From positions 23,926-87,925 of the forward strand of contig JBJKQR010000020.1 of NCBI GenBank assembly GCA_046735395.1: 64,000 nt of DNA. The letters are read 5' to 3'. The notes beneath the pieces were generated by a model, which made no database searches, was not told the DNA's origin, and saw nothing but the letters and a program-made list of their open reading frames with translations. The stretch comes from Fidelibacterota bacterium. Lineage in GTDB: Bacteria > Fidelibacterota > Fidelibacteria > Fidelibacterales > DSDE01. Shown here piece by piece: positions 1-9,514 of the stretch (position 1 is its first letter; every line of letters begins with the position of its first letter). The position numbers were made by a program, and so were the translations under genes.

Positions 1-43
1 GCCGAGGGGTACGCGGACGGGAAAGAGATTGGGTTTGAATCAT
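1..43 (-). CDS. 5' end of a gene running off the window (MIQTQSLSRPRTPR...), downstream of a putative Trp attenuator
   Basis: ATG at 43 with GAGG 10 nt upstream, open to the window edge. An alternative ATG at 59 in another frame is also open. Product unknown. Confidence 0.4.
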   Translation of the reverse strand, partial: MIQTQSLSRPRTPR

Positions 44-61
44 AAATTTTCTGCCTCATGT

Positions 62-88
62 AAAAACGCCGGAGAGGGTTTCCGGCGT
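62..88 (-). terminator. Intrinsic terminator (attenuator) hairpin
   Basis: Minus strand reads ACGCCGGA-AACCCTC-TCCGGCGT followed by a T run, between the leader ORF and the downstream gene. Confidence 0.75.
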
Positions 89-114
89 CAGACTGATTTT
101 CCTGTAATACAGAC

Positions 115-186
115 TCAACACGGCCGGTGAAATGAATTCTGCCACCAGATCCAGGATCTTCTTGTCATGATGTTGTTTCTGTTCAT
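115..186 (-). CDS. Trp-rich leader peptide MNRNNIMTRRSWIWWQNSFHRPC (23 aa), trpL-like
   Basis: Translated by hand. Three TGG codons among four consecutive codons, followed by a terminator hairpin. Alternative start at 168. Confidence 0.7.
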   Translation of the reverse strand: MNRNNIMTRRSWIWWQNSFHRPC

Positions 187-192
187 AGTAAC

Positions 193-221
193 AATTTACA
201 GCCTTTCCCGGATTCCGCCAA
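193..221 (-). promoter_or_regulatory. Putative sigma70 promoter of the leader peptide
   Basis: TTGGCG-N17-TAAATT ending 6 nt before ATG 186. Confidence 0.5.
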
Positions 222-323
222 GCATTTTTTTCATTCCGGTGAAAATGGCCTGAGGCATCTTTGCCGGCAAATCCGGCATATTTTGGAAAAAAGACATTGA
301 ACGTAAAGTGGCGGACTAATCCA

Positions 324-353
324 TTGCATGATTTTCCCGGGAATCAGTATATT
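324..353 (+). promoter_or_regulatory. Putative sigma70 promoter
   Basis: TTGCAT-N18-TATATT ending 5 nt before ATG 359; no SD visible. Confidence 0.45.
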
Positions 354-358
354 TCACT

Positions 359-1522
359 ATGGATCGAAAATTGCTGCTGCTGATAGTCGTAATGCTTGTT
401 GCAGTCATGGCTTCACGCTATGTGTTCAAGCGGATCCGATCCCGGAATTTCTTTTATTATCAGGTACTGAGTATTCTGCTGGTCGCCGGCCTGGCTCTAT
501 GCATCAATGGCCGGGTTTCCGGCGAACTGCTGTCCCAGACCTCACCGCTCATGCTTCTCGGTATGGGCTGGCTGGGACTGTATGCCGGCCTGTTTATCGG
601 GCTGCAGGAAATACGCAAATTCAATATCCTGGTCTGGAAATATGCAGCACGGGACAATCTGACCGTCTTCGCGGCCTATTACCTGCTCAGCCTTCCGCTG
701 CTTCTGCATTTTCATGGAAATCACTGGGAAAGTTATGCTGCCGCTGCCGTCCTTTCCCTGTCTGCTCTGGAGGTGTCTCCGCTGGCCGTTTCAACTCTCC
801 GCAACCTGAACCGCGGCGCATCCAGCTTCGGGATACTGCTTCAGTCTCTCAGCGGCATGAGCGGAATTTTCACGATCGTCTTTCTCGGGTTGGCGTCCCC
901 CCTGTTCTTTACCGGATCACTGCTGGTATTCAGCGGGGAATTTCTTCTGCAGCTGATTATCAGCATCGGCATGGGGCTTGTGGCCGTGTACGCGGTTCAT
1001 GATCTCCGCCATTCCCGGGATTTCCTCGTGTGGATTCTGGCCATCCTGCTCATGACCTCCGGCCTGGCCACAGCCTTTCACTACAATGCCATTTTTATGA
1101 ATATGATTACCGGAATGATCATTTCCACTTTCTCACCGCGCCGTGATGCGGCCCGAAAGCTGCTGGAACCCCTGGAGAAACCTGTTTTTCTGCTTCTGCT
1201 CTTCTTTGCGGGCGTGAGCCTTCGCATCAACTGGCTTTTCATCGGTCTGGCCGTCGTGCTGATGGGCATTCGGATGGTACTGAGGATTCGTATTTTCCGT
1301 CAGTTTTACGGAGTTCATACGGCAAATTCTCCGGCTGTCCGTACGCTGGCGCCGGCGATCATTCCTTTCGGGAATCTGAGCTTCACCATCGGAATATACC
1401 TTGTCATGCTCTACCCGTCCCAATTTTCCGAGATGGTGCTGGGCGCGCTGTTTTTTCAGTACATCCTGAGTTACACGCTTGCGAGCCTGGTGATTCGGGG
1501 AGGAGGCCAGGGCACAGCATGA
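359..1522 (+). CDS. Multi-pass membrane protein, divergent cation:proton antiporter-like
   Basis: 387 aa, hydrophobic throughout; C-terminal half resembles the next gene (FMNMITG...P.FLLLLFFAGVSL). ATGA overlap with it. Confidence 0.6.
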   Translation: MDRKLLLLIVVMLVAVMASRYVFKRIRSRNFFYYQVLSILLVAGLALCINGRVSGELLSQTSPLMLLGMGWLGLYAGLFIGLQEIRKFNILVWKYAARDNLTVFAAYYLLSLPLLLHFHGNHWESYAAAAVLSLSALEVSPLAVSTLRNLNRGASSFGILLQSLSGMSGIFTIVFLGLASPLFFTGSLLVFSGEFLLQLIISIGMGLVAVYAVHDLRHSRDFLVWILAILLMTSGLATAFHYNAIFMNMITGMIISTFSPRRDAARKLLEPLEKPVFLLLLFFAGVSLRINWLFIGLAVVLMGIRMVLRIRIFRQFYGVHTANSPAVRTLAPAIIPFGNLSFTIGIYLVMLYPSQFSEMVLGALFFQYILSYTLASLVIRGGGQGTA

Positions 1523-2808
1523 AATTTTTTATCATTCTTCTTCTCACCGGCCTGACATGGTTTGCGCGGAATGCTCCCCAGGCGCTTCAGTTCCCGGGTG
1601 GGGATGACCCCACGCTGGTGCTTGGCCTGCTGCTGGCCTCGGCTCTGGTCTTCGGGAAGGGAATGCGCCGTATTCACATCCCCATGCTGAGCGGTTTTAT
1701 TCTCTACGGGATTCTGGCAGGGCCCTTCTTTCTGAATATTATCCGGATTCAGGATATGAAGCTCCTGAGCTTCACGGACTTTTTTGCTCTCAGTCTCATT
1801 GCCATCACGGCGGGAGGCGAGCTGAGAATTCAGGATATACGCCAGCGGCTGAAACTGTATGTGACCATCACTGCAGGACAATTCACCGTCATTACACTGT
1901 TTACACTGGGGCTGATCTTTCTGCTGCATCCGCTGAGTTCCCTTCTGGCCGGAATGGGCAACGCGACTGTGTTGATCTTCGGACTGGTCATCGCTGTGAT
2001 CTTTGCTGCGAATTCGCCGGCAACGGTGATTGCGGTCGTGAAGGATCTGGATGCCCGCGGAAAGAATACGGATCTGCTTCTCGGTGTCGCCGTCTTCAAG
2101 GATATCATCATCATCCTTCTTTTTGCCGTGCTGATGGCGGCCTCCTCGTCCCTTCTGGGAACGGGGATGTCAAATCTCTCGCTGATGGGGACCGGACTGC
2201 GGGTCATTGCTCATATTCTCTATAGTGTGGGAATCGGAATTACGCTTGGCCTGCTGCTGATCCTGGGACTGCGGTTTTTTGAACATGATCTGACCGTAAT
2301 TATTCTGTTATTGGTTGTATCGGTATATCTCACGGTACAGCTCATGCATCTGGAGCCGATGCTCACCTGCATGGTGGCAGGTTTTACCGTTCAGAATTTC
2401 AGCCGGCATGGCGATGAACTGATTCACAGCGCGGAACGGTCATCCATGCCCTTCTACATTATTTTTTTCACCCTGGCCGGCGTGAATCTGGATTTTCATG
2501 TTCTGGCGGACACCTGGCCGCTTGCCCTGAGTCTGGTGATCGCCCGCATGCTGTTTATCTTTATCTCCACACGGATGTCTGTGAGTCTTGCCGGCGGAGA
2601 CCGGGAAACACGCACCCATCTGTGGATGGGCTACCTGGCTCAGGCCGGGGTATCTCTCGGGCTTGTAAGTATTTTCCGTGAAAGCCTCCATGCACAATGG
2701 GTGCAGGATTTGGCTACCATTTTAACCGCAGTGATTGCCATCAACCAGATTATCGGCCCGATCATGCTCAAGATTGCTCTGCAGAAACTGAAAGAAGTTC
2801 CTTCATGA
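1519..2808 (+). CDS. Cation:proton antiporter (Na+/H+ exchanger, CPA2-like)
   Basis: Motifs IPMLSGFILYGILAGP, AGGEL, ANSPATVIAV, AVFKD, FFTLAG, AQAGVSLG. Confidence 0.8.
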   Translation: MKFFIILLLTGLTWFARNAPQALQFPGGDDPTLVLGLLLASALVFGKGMRRIHIPMLSGFILYGILAGPFFLNIIRIQDMKLLSFTDFFALSLIAITAGGELRIQDIRQRLKLYVTITAGQFTVITLFTLGLIFLLHPLSSLLAGMGNATVLIFGLVIAVIFAANSPATVIAVVKDLDARGKNTDLLLGVAVFKDIIIILLFAVLMAASSSLLGTGMSNLSLMGTGLRVIAHILYSVGIGITLGLLLILGLRFFEHDLTVIILLLVVSVYLTVQLMHLEPMLTCMVAGFTVQNFSRHGDELIHSAERSSMPFYIIFFTLAGVNLDFHVLADTWPLALSLVIARMLFIFISTRMSVSLAGGDRETRTHLWMGYLAQAGVSLGLVSIFRESLHAQWVQDLATILTAVIAINQIIGPIMLKIALQKLKEVPS

Positions 2809-4235
2809 AAATTCCCATCGAAGAGATGCTGGCGAATGAACCTGAAAAACTGGAGATATTGAAACGGATCGGCCGGACGGCTGAACGGGTCGGCGTGGTC
2901 GTTTATGCTGTGGGCGGACTGGTTCGGGATGCGCTGCTCCGGCGGCCCAATACGGATATTGATGTGATGGTGGAAGGAGATGCGATTCAGTTTGCCGAAA
3001 GTCTTGCGAAGGATCTGGGCATCCGGACCGTGGTCCGTTATGAACGCTTTGCCACGGCCATCCTCCCCATGAAGGACTGGAATATCGAAATCGCGTCAGC
3101 GCGCCGGGAGGAATATGACCGCAGCTCGAGAAAACCGCGGGTGGAATCGGCGCGGCTGGAAGAAGACCTGAGCCGTCGGGATTTTACCGTCAACGCCATG
3201 GCGGTGGATATCCGTCCCTCAACGCTGGGTGAATTTCATGACCTCTTCGGCGGAATCAAGGATATGGAGATACAGACACTCCGGACGCCGAAAGATCCGG
3301 ATATGACCTTTTTCGATGATCCGCTGCGCATGATGCGGGCCATTCGTTTTGCAGCCCAGCTTCAATATCGTATTCATCCCGATACCTGGGAAAGCATCCG
3401 CCGCATATCCGACCGGATCTCCATTATCAGTATGGAGCGTATCCGGGATGAACTGACCAAGATTCTCATGTCGGAAAAACCGTCCATCGGGCTGATTCTT
3501 CTGAAAAACAGCGGACTGCTGGATCATTTTCTGCCGGAATTTGCCAGGCTGGCAGGCGTGGAGGAACGGGACGGCTACGGCCATAAGGACGTACTGTATC
3601 ATACGGCTCAGGTTGTGGACAATATCTGCAGCTACACGGAAGATCCGATTCTCAGATTTGCGGCCATGTTTCATGACATCGGAAAACCTCCGGTGAAGCG
3701 TTTTCGGCGCGGAACAGGCTGGACCTATCATGGCCACGAGGATCTGGGAGCGCAGATGTTTGAGGAAATCGGACGGCGCCTGAAACTTCCGATCCGGGAT
3801 ATAAAACGGATTACCAAGCTGATCCGGCTGCATCTGAGGCCCATTGCCATTGCCAGCGAAGGTGTGACGGACAGCGCGGTCCGGAGGCTCATGGTGGATG
3901 CGGGCGATGATATTGACGATCTGCTGAATCTGTGCCGTGCTGACATCACCTCCCAGAATCAGGACAAGGTGAAGCGCTTTAATGAAAATTTTGACCTTGT
4001 GGCGTCGCGGATCCGTGATGTGGATGAAAAGGATAAAATGCGGAATTTCAAGTCCCCTGTGGATGGGAATGAGATCATGCAGATGTTTGAACTGAAACCT
4101 GGCCCGGGGATCGGGCGCATCAAGTCCTATCTTGAAAATGAGATATTGGAAGGGAATATTCATAATGACCATGAATCAGTTATGGCCTGGATCACTGAGA
4201 ACCGGGGCCAGCTGGAAAAATTAATTCACTCGTAG
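2805..4235 (+). CDS. cca: CCA tRNA nucleotidyltransferase (class II) with HD domain
   Basis: VGGLVRD, DIDV, DLSRRDFTVNAMA, DDPLRMMRAIRF, HDIGKP. Start moved to ATG 2805 (ATGA overlap). Confidence 0.85.
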   Translation: MKIPIEEMLANEPEKLEILKRIGRTAERVGVVVYAVGGLVRDALLRRPNTDIDVMVEGDAIQFAESLAKDLGIRTVVRYERFATAILPMKDWNIEIASARREEYDRSSRKPRVESARLEEDLSRRDFTVNAMAVDIRPSTLGEFHDLFGGIKDMEIQTLRTPKDPDMTFFDDPLRMMRAIRFAAQLQYRIHPDTWESIRRISDRISIISMERIRDELTKILMSEKPSIGLILLKNSGLLDHFLPEFARLAGVEERDGYGHKDVLYHTAQVVDNICSYTEDPILRFAAMFHDIGKPPVKRFRRGTGWTYHGHEDLGAQMFEEIGRRLKLPIRDIKRITKLIRLHLRPIAIASEGVTDSAVRRLMVDAGDDIDDLLNLCRADITSQNQDKVKRFNENFDLVASRIRDVDEKDKMRNFKSPVDGNEIMQMFELKPGPGIGRIKSYLENEILEGNIHNDHESVMAWITENRGQLEKLIHS

Positions 4236-4248
4236 AGAGGAGGCCTTT

Positions 4249-4938
4249 ATGGCAGTCAAAGAGTCTTTCAGCCGTTTCATCAATGTGTTTTTTGCTCCGG
4301 AGAAAATGGCCACAAGTATTGTGGAGAATCCCACGCGAAATGGTGTGATTCTGCCCCTTCTGCTTCTGATTATTGCCAGTGTGATCAGCATGCAGGTCCT
4401 CAAGCCCGTCCTTCATGATGTGGGCGTAAAAAAGATCCAGACCGATCAGCGTTTCAGTGACGAACAGCGGGCCCAGATGCTGGAGCGGGTGGAGGCTCAG
4501 AGCACCTCAAATATTCAGCTCATTTTCGGCGTTCTGACGCCGATTGTCGGAGCTCTTCTCGTCGGAAGCCTGTTTTATTTTGTGGGTACCTTTATCGGCG
4601 GGGGTGAAACGAGCTGGCTTATTCTGTTTCTGACGGCGGCGTATGTGGAGTGTATCAATATTGTAGCCTCACTTCTCAAAGTTCCGCTCATCGTGGCGAA
4701 GAACAGCGTGGAGGTGCAGACCAGCCTGGCGCTGCTGTTCAAGGAAGTTGACTATCATAATGTGCTTTTCAAGCTGGCGGCACAGGTGGATATTTTCCGT
4801 CTGTGGAAGATCGCGGTATGGGTCATTGCATTCCAGGTAATCTTTAAATTCAGCAGGAACAAATCGCTGGCGCTGGTTGTTAGTATCTTTGTGGTTTGGT
4901 CAATCATCTCATTTTTTACAATGGGAATCGGAAAATAA
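4249..4938 (+). CDS. Yip1 family membrane protein
   Basis: N-terminal F..P motif, about 5 TM helices with a soluble loop, strong GAGGAGG RBS, first gene before a TolC/MFP/ABC set. Confidence 0.75.
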   Translation: MAVKESFSRFINVFFAPEKMATSIVENPTRNGVILPLLLLIIASVISMQVLKPVLHDVGVKKIQTDQRFSDEQRAQMLERVEAQSTSNIQLIFGVLTPIVGALLVGSLFYFVGTFIGGGETSWLILFLTAAYVECINIVASLLKVPLIVAKNSVEVQTSLALLFKEVDYHNVLFKLAAQVDIFRLWKIAVWVIAFQVIFKFSRNKSLALVVSIFVVWSIISFFTMGIGK

Positions 4939-5024
4939 AAAAATTTTGACAACTATTTTCCACGGCGGCTGTCCAAATGAAGAATGGAAACAGTATGCCA
5001 GTTAAATACGGAAGGGTAACCAGA

Positions 5025-6272
5025 ATGAAGGGTATGTACCGGATAGCCGGAACAATTGCAGTAATTATGGGAATAACAGTCGGACTTCAGGGTGCCGAAC
5101 AGATGACGCTGGAGGATTGCATCTCTCTGGCGGAGAAACAGAATGCCACGCTGATCACCACACGTTACGATCTGGATAACAGCCGCATTGATACGAAAGA
5201 CGCATACGGGGTGCTGTATCCCGGAGCCTCCCTGAGCGCCGGCACCGGAACGGGGGGATCGGCAATGATTCCCGATGGCAGCGGCAGCAGCAGCATCGGC
5301 GTATCTGTGAACCAGGCGCTGTACACGCCCGGTTTGCTTCCCGGCCTGAAAAGTGTGAAAATCAATGAGAAAAATGCAGAGATTGACGTGGAAGCGGTCC
5401 GGGATCAGATCCGGACAGCGGTCTCATCGGATTTTTACAGAATTCTGTCCTCACAGGCTGTGATTTCCGTATATCGGGAGAATATTCAGGTTTCCGAGGA
5501 AAATATCCGCAAGATCCGCACCATGTATGAACTGGGAACGCGGACGGAGTCGGATGTGCTGAAATCGGAAGTGCAGAAGGGGGATTTTGAAGCGGCGCTG
5601 ATCACTGAACTTCAGTCTCTCAATTCGCTGAAACGCTCACTGAATGTGAGTATGGGGCGGCAACCCGATGAAGAGCTGGAACTTGCGGAAGACAGTGTTA
5701 CAGATATAGTCCTGCCGGATCAGGAGACCGCAGTTGCCAAACTCCGAAAAGAGAATACAAGCCTGCGGAAACTTGAAGGCCAGAAGGCGGTGAGTACTCT
5801 TCAGCTGAAAGCCGCAAAAGAGGGGTATTTTCCGACGATCGGTGGATCCTATAGCTACTCAGATTCAAAATCCGGGTCTTTTGTGACGAAAAGCTCATCG
5901 GTGGGCCTGTCCCTCAGCCTGAATCTCTTCGATCGCTTTCAGACCTCCCATTCCATTCAGAAGGGAAAGATTCTGGTACGCCAGCTTGATGTGAAATACG
6001 ATGATACGGTGCGTCAGCTGGAAGGCCAGCTCGCAGACCTGTATACACAATATAATACTTATACGGAACTGATCCGGATCAATGAAATTAAGCTGGAATC
6101 GAGCAAGCGGGATCTGGATATCGTGACTCAGCAGTATCAGATCGGATCTTCCACTATCCTTGATCAGATGAATGCGCAGCTTTCGGTTCTGGATGCTCAG
6201 AGCAGCCTGGTGAAACAGAAATATTCCAAGCGTATCATCGAATCGCAAATCATACAACTCATAGGACGTTGA
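5025..6272 (+). CDS. TolC family outer-membrane efflux protein
   Basis: Signal peptide, MTLEDCISLAEKQN, YELGTRTESDVL and YQIGSSTILD repeats. Start uncertain (4977-5034). Confidence 0.85.
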   Translation: MKGMYRIAGTIAVIMGITVGLQGAEQMTLEDCISLAEKQNATLITTRYDLDNSRIDTKDAYGVLYPGASLSAGTGTGGSAMIPDGSGSSSIGVSVNQALYTPGLLPGLKSVKINEKNAEIDVEAVRDQIRTAVSSDFYRILSSQAVISVYRENIQVSEENIRKIRTMYELGTRTESDVLKSEVQKGDFEAALITELQSLNSLKRSLNVSMGRQPDEELELAEDSVTDIVLPDQETAVAKLRKENTSLRKLEGQKAVSTLQLKAAKEGYFPTIGGSYSYSDSKSGSFVTKSSSVGLSLSLNLFDRFQTSHSIQKGKILVRQLDVKYDDTVRQLEGQLADLYTQYNTYTELIRINEIKLESSKRDLDIVTQQYQIGSSTILDQMNAQLSVLDAQSSLVKQKYSKRIIESQIIQLIGR

Positions 6273-6274
6273 CC

Positions 6275-7474
6275 ATGAAAAAAGCACTCATTGCCCTGGC
6301 CATCGTAATTGTCGTTGGCGTTATCATTTATTCGAACGTTAAGCAGAAGAATGTGAAGGCTGTGGACGTTCAGACCGGCAGGATAGAACTCAGGCAGATA
6401 CAGGAGAAAGTCTCGGCTTCCGGCCAGATTCAGCCGGTCGTCCAGGTGAACATTTCTGCGAATGTCGCCGGCGAAATCACCAAACTCTATGTAAGGGAAG
6501 GTGACGTGGTCAAGGCCGGACAGCTGCTGTTTCAGCTGGACAAGGTCCGTTATGAGGCCGATGTCCGCAGCTATAAATCCATTTATAACAGCCGGAAAGC
6601 GTCACTTGAGAAGGTTCAGAAGGATCTGAAGCGCTATGAAGGCCTTTACAACACGAATAATATCAGCCAGGCAGATCTGGAAGATCTTCAGACCCAGTAT
6701 CGGCTCGCCGTCAGCAATATGGATCAGGCGGAAGCCGGACTGAACCAGGCGACGGACAACCTGAGCAAGACGACCGTCCGGGCCCCGATCAGCGGAACCG
6801 TCATTTCTCTGAGAAAAGAAGTGGGTGAAATCGCCCTCGGATCCCAGTTTTCCCAGGACGTCATCATGATCATGGCGGATCTGAAGCATATGGAAGTGGA
6901 AGTGGAAGTCAACGAGAACGACGTGGTCCGTGTTTCTCCGAAGGACAAGGTGGACATTGAGATTGATGCCATTCCTGATACGGTCTTCCGGGGGCAGGTC
7001 TCCGAAATCGCCCACCTGGCTTCGTCCTCCGGCCTGGGTACTCAGAACGCCGTGACCAATTTCAAGGTGCTGGTGGATATGCTGGAGATTCCGGATGAGA
7101 TGCGTCCGGGGATGAGCGCGACCGTGGAAATCATGACCAATGAGCGGGATTCGGCCGTGGCAGTACCCATCCAGTGTGTCACCATCCGCAGTGAAGAAGA
7201 AGTTTATGGCAAAAAAACGGATACACTTGATGTTAAAGATGACGCTGTGGTTCCGGGAAAAAAGCAGATGGTGGAAGTGGTCTTCCGGGTTGATGCGGAT
7301 ACGGTAACAGCCGTTCCCGTCAAACTGGGAATCAGTTCGGAAGATTATTTTGAAGTTCTTTCAGGTCTGAAGGCGGATGATATGGTTGTAATGGGGCCTC
7401 ACAAGGTTCTGAGCCGGGAACTGAAAACAGGGACTGTTGTGAAAACCGGCGGAAACGGCCCGGAAAAGAAATAG
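6275..7474 (+). CDS. Periplasmic adaptor (MFP, MacA/HlyD-like)
   Basis: [36 protein letters not shown]. Confidence 0.9.
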   Translation: MKKALIALAIVIVVGVIIYSNVKQKNVKAVDVQTGRIELRQIQEKVSASGQIQPVVQVNISANVAGEITKLYVREGDVVKAGQLLFQLDKVRYEADVRSYKSIYNSRKASLEKVQKDLKRYEGLYNTNNISQADLEDLQTQYRLAVSNMDQAEAGLNQATDNLSKTTVRAPISGTVISLRKEVGEIALGSQFSQDVIMIMADLKHMEVEVEVNENDVVRVSPKDKVDIEIDAIPDTVFRGQVSEIAHLASSSGLGTQNAVTNFKVLVDMLEIPDEMRPGMSATVEIMTNERDSAVAVPIQCVTIRSEEEVYGKKTDTLDVKDDAVVPGKKQMVEVVFRVDADTVTAVPVKLGISSEDYFEVLSGLKADDMVVMGPHKVLSRELKTGTVVKTGGNGPEKK

Positions 7475-7497
7475 GGAAGCAACCTGGAGTAAACACC

Positions 7498-8226
7498 ATG
7501 GCTCTACTTGAACTGGAACAGATAAAAAAAATATACAGGATCGGGACTGTCGAAGTGAATGCCCTGAACGGTGTGGATATTCGTGTGAATAAAAACGAAT
7601 ACATCTCCATCATGGGGCCGTCCGGATCGGGCAAATCCACGCTGATGAATGTGATCGGCTGTCTGGATACACCCACAAGCGGACGCTATTTTCTGGACGG
7701 ACTCACCATCCACGGAAACGGGAACGGAAAGGACGGCAGCAATGAGAACGGGCGCATCAGCGACGATCAGCTTGCCTATATCCGCAACCAGAAAATCGGC
7801 TTCGTCTTTCAGACTTTCAATCTTCTGCCGCGGATCACGGCGCTCCACAATGTGGAACTGCCGCTGATTTATGCCGGATTTCCCAAAAAGGAACGGTTGG
7901 AACGTGCGCAGGAGGCGCTGGGAAAAGTCAATCTGCTGGACCGGATGCATCACAAGCCCAATGAACTGTCCGGAGGCCAGAGGCAGCGCGTGGCGGTTGC
8001 CCGGGCGCTGGTGAATAATCCCAGTATCATCCTGGCGGATGAACCCACCGGAAACCTGGATTCGCGGACCAGTGAGGATATCATGACACTCTTCGATGAG
8101 CTGCATGAAAGCGGGAACACCATTATTCTGGTTACGCATGAAACCGATATTGCCCATCATGCTCACCGGATCGTCCATATCCGCGACGGACTGGTTTCCA
8201 ATGATGAAATCACAAGGAAAGCCTGA
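7498..8226 (+). CDS. ABC transporter ATP-binding protein (MacB/LolD-like)
   Basis: [28 protein letters not shown]. Confidence 0.95.
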   Translation: MALLELEQIKKIYRIGTVEVNALNGVDIRVNKNEYISIMGPSGSGKSTLMNVIGCLDTPTSGRYFLDGLTIHGNGNGKDGSNENGRISDDQLAYIRNQKIGFVFQTFNLLPRITALHNVELPLIYAGFPKKERLERAQEALGKVNLLDRMHHKPNELSGGQRQRVAVARALVNNPSIILADEPTGNLDSRTSEDIMTLFDELHESGNTIILVTHETDIAHHAHRIVHIRDGLVSNDEITRKA

Positions 8227-8230
8227 GATC

Positions 8231-9454
8231 ATGGGACAGATATACGAGAGTTTCGTCATGGCGGTCAAGGCGGTCTTCGCCAATAAGGTACGGGCCTTTC
8301 TCACCATGCTGGGCATCATTATCGGAATTCTTTCGGTCTCTCTCATGGGAACCGCCATTTCCGGTATTGACGGTGAATTCAACCGTTCGGTTGAGATGAT
8401 GGGACAGGATGTGCTGTACGTGCAGAAATTCCCCTGGTTCATGGGAAATGATGACTGGTGGGATTTTCGCAATAGACCGGATATGGAAGAAGACTATGTG
8501 GACCGGATTCTTGCCCGTTCCAAATATGCGGAATTCTGCGCGCCTGAACTGAACCGGAACGGGGATGTGACCCGGGACGGGAAGTCTGTGGAAGGAATCG
8601 GGTTCACCGGTACGACCTGGCAGTCCGCCTATATCTCCTCCTATCAGATGGAGGAAGGGCGCTATTTTACGGAAGCGGAGAACCGGAATGCGTCCCGGAT
8701 TGCGGTGATCGGTTCAAATATTAAGAAAAACTTATTTGAGGACGAAGGCAGTGCCGTCGGACAGTATGTGAAGGTACAGGGCGTGAAATTCAGGGTCATC
8801 GGTGTTCTGAAGGAACAGGGAAAATTTCTCGGCCTTTTCAGTATGGACAATGTTCTCATCATGCCGATCAAGACGATGCGGACACTTTACGGGCGGCATC
8901 ACGGCTATCTTAGCATCACCGTGAAGGTGAAAAGCGGGTCGGACATGGAACTTGCCAAGGATGAACTGACCAATATCATGCGCTCTGTCCGCAGCCTGAA
9001 ACCCAGGGATAAGGATAATTTTGCCATTAATCAGCAGGAAGCCTTCCGGCAGCAGTTCGGTAACATCAAGCTGGCCATCGGCGGTATCGGCCTGGGAATT
9101 ACGGCATTGTCCCTGATTGTAGGCGGTATCGGTATTATGAATATCATGTTCGTTTCAGTGAAGGAGCGAACCAAGGAAATCGGCATTCGCAAGGCGCTGG
9201 GCGCCAAACGGCGTATCATTCTTTTTCAGTTTCTGAGTGAAGCGGTGGTGATTTCACTGATCGGGGGTGTCATCGGCATTCTCATCACCACATCGCTGGT
9301 GGGCCTGCTGCAGAAAGTATTTGTTGCGAATCTGTCGGTCCATCTCATCGTGATCAGTCTCAGTGTTTCGGTCATTACCGGCGTCATCAGCGGGATTGTG
9401 CCCGCGAACCAGGCTGCGCGGCTGGATCCCATTGAGGCCATGCGCTATGAATAA
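8231..9454 (+). CDS. ABC transporter permease (MacB/FtsX family)
   Basis: RAFLTMLGIIIG, VSVKERTKEIGIRKALGA, LDPIEAMRYE. Start moved to ATG 8231. Confidence 0.9.
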   Translation: MGQIYESFVMAVKAVFANKVRAFLTMLGIIIGILSVSLMGTAISGIDGEFNRSVEMMGQDVLYVQKFPWFMGNDDWWDFRNRPDMEEDYVDRILARSKYAEFCAPELNRNGDVTRDGKSVEGIGFTGTTWQSAYISSYQMEEGRYFTEAENRNASRIAVIGSNIKKNLFEDEGSAVGQYVKVQGVKFRVIGVLKEQGKFLGLFSMDNVLIMPIKTMRTLYGRHHGYLSITVKVKSGSDMELAKDELTNIMRSVRSLKPRDKDNFAINQQEAFRQQFGNIKLAIGGIGLGITALSLIVGGIGIMNIMFVSVKERTKEIGIRKALGAKRRIILFQFLSEAVVISLIGGVIGILITTSLVGLLQKVFVANLSVHLIVISLSVSVITGVISGIVPANQAARLDPIEAMRYE

Positions 9455-9514
9455 GCGCCGGGCTCATCATTATAATGTTTCCAAGGTTCCCGTAATAACA
9501 GGGAGATTTTTCAG

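Noticed and set aside
7711..7755. Gly/Asn-rich insertion ([14 protein letters not shown]) in the ABC ATPase
   Set aside because: A short low-complexity loop; too small for an intein and all catalytic motifs are intact.
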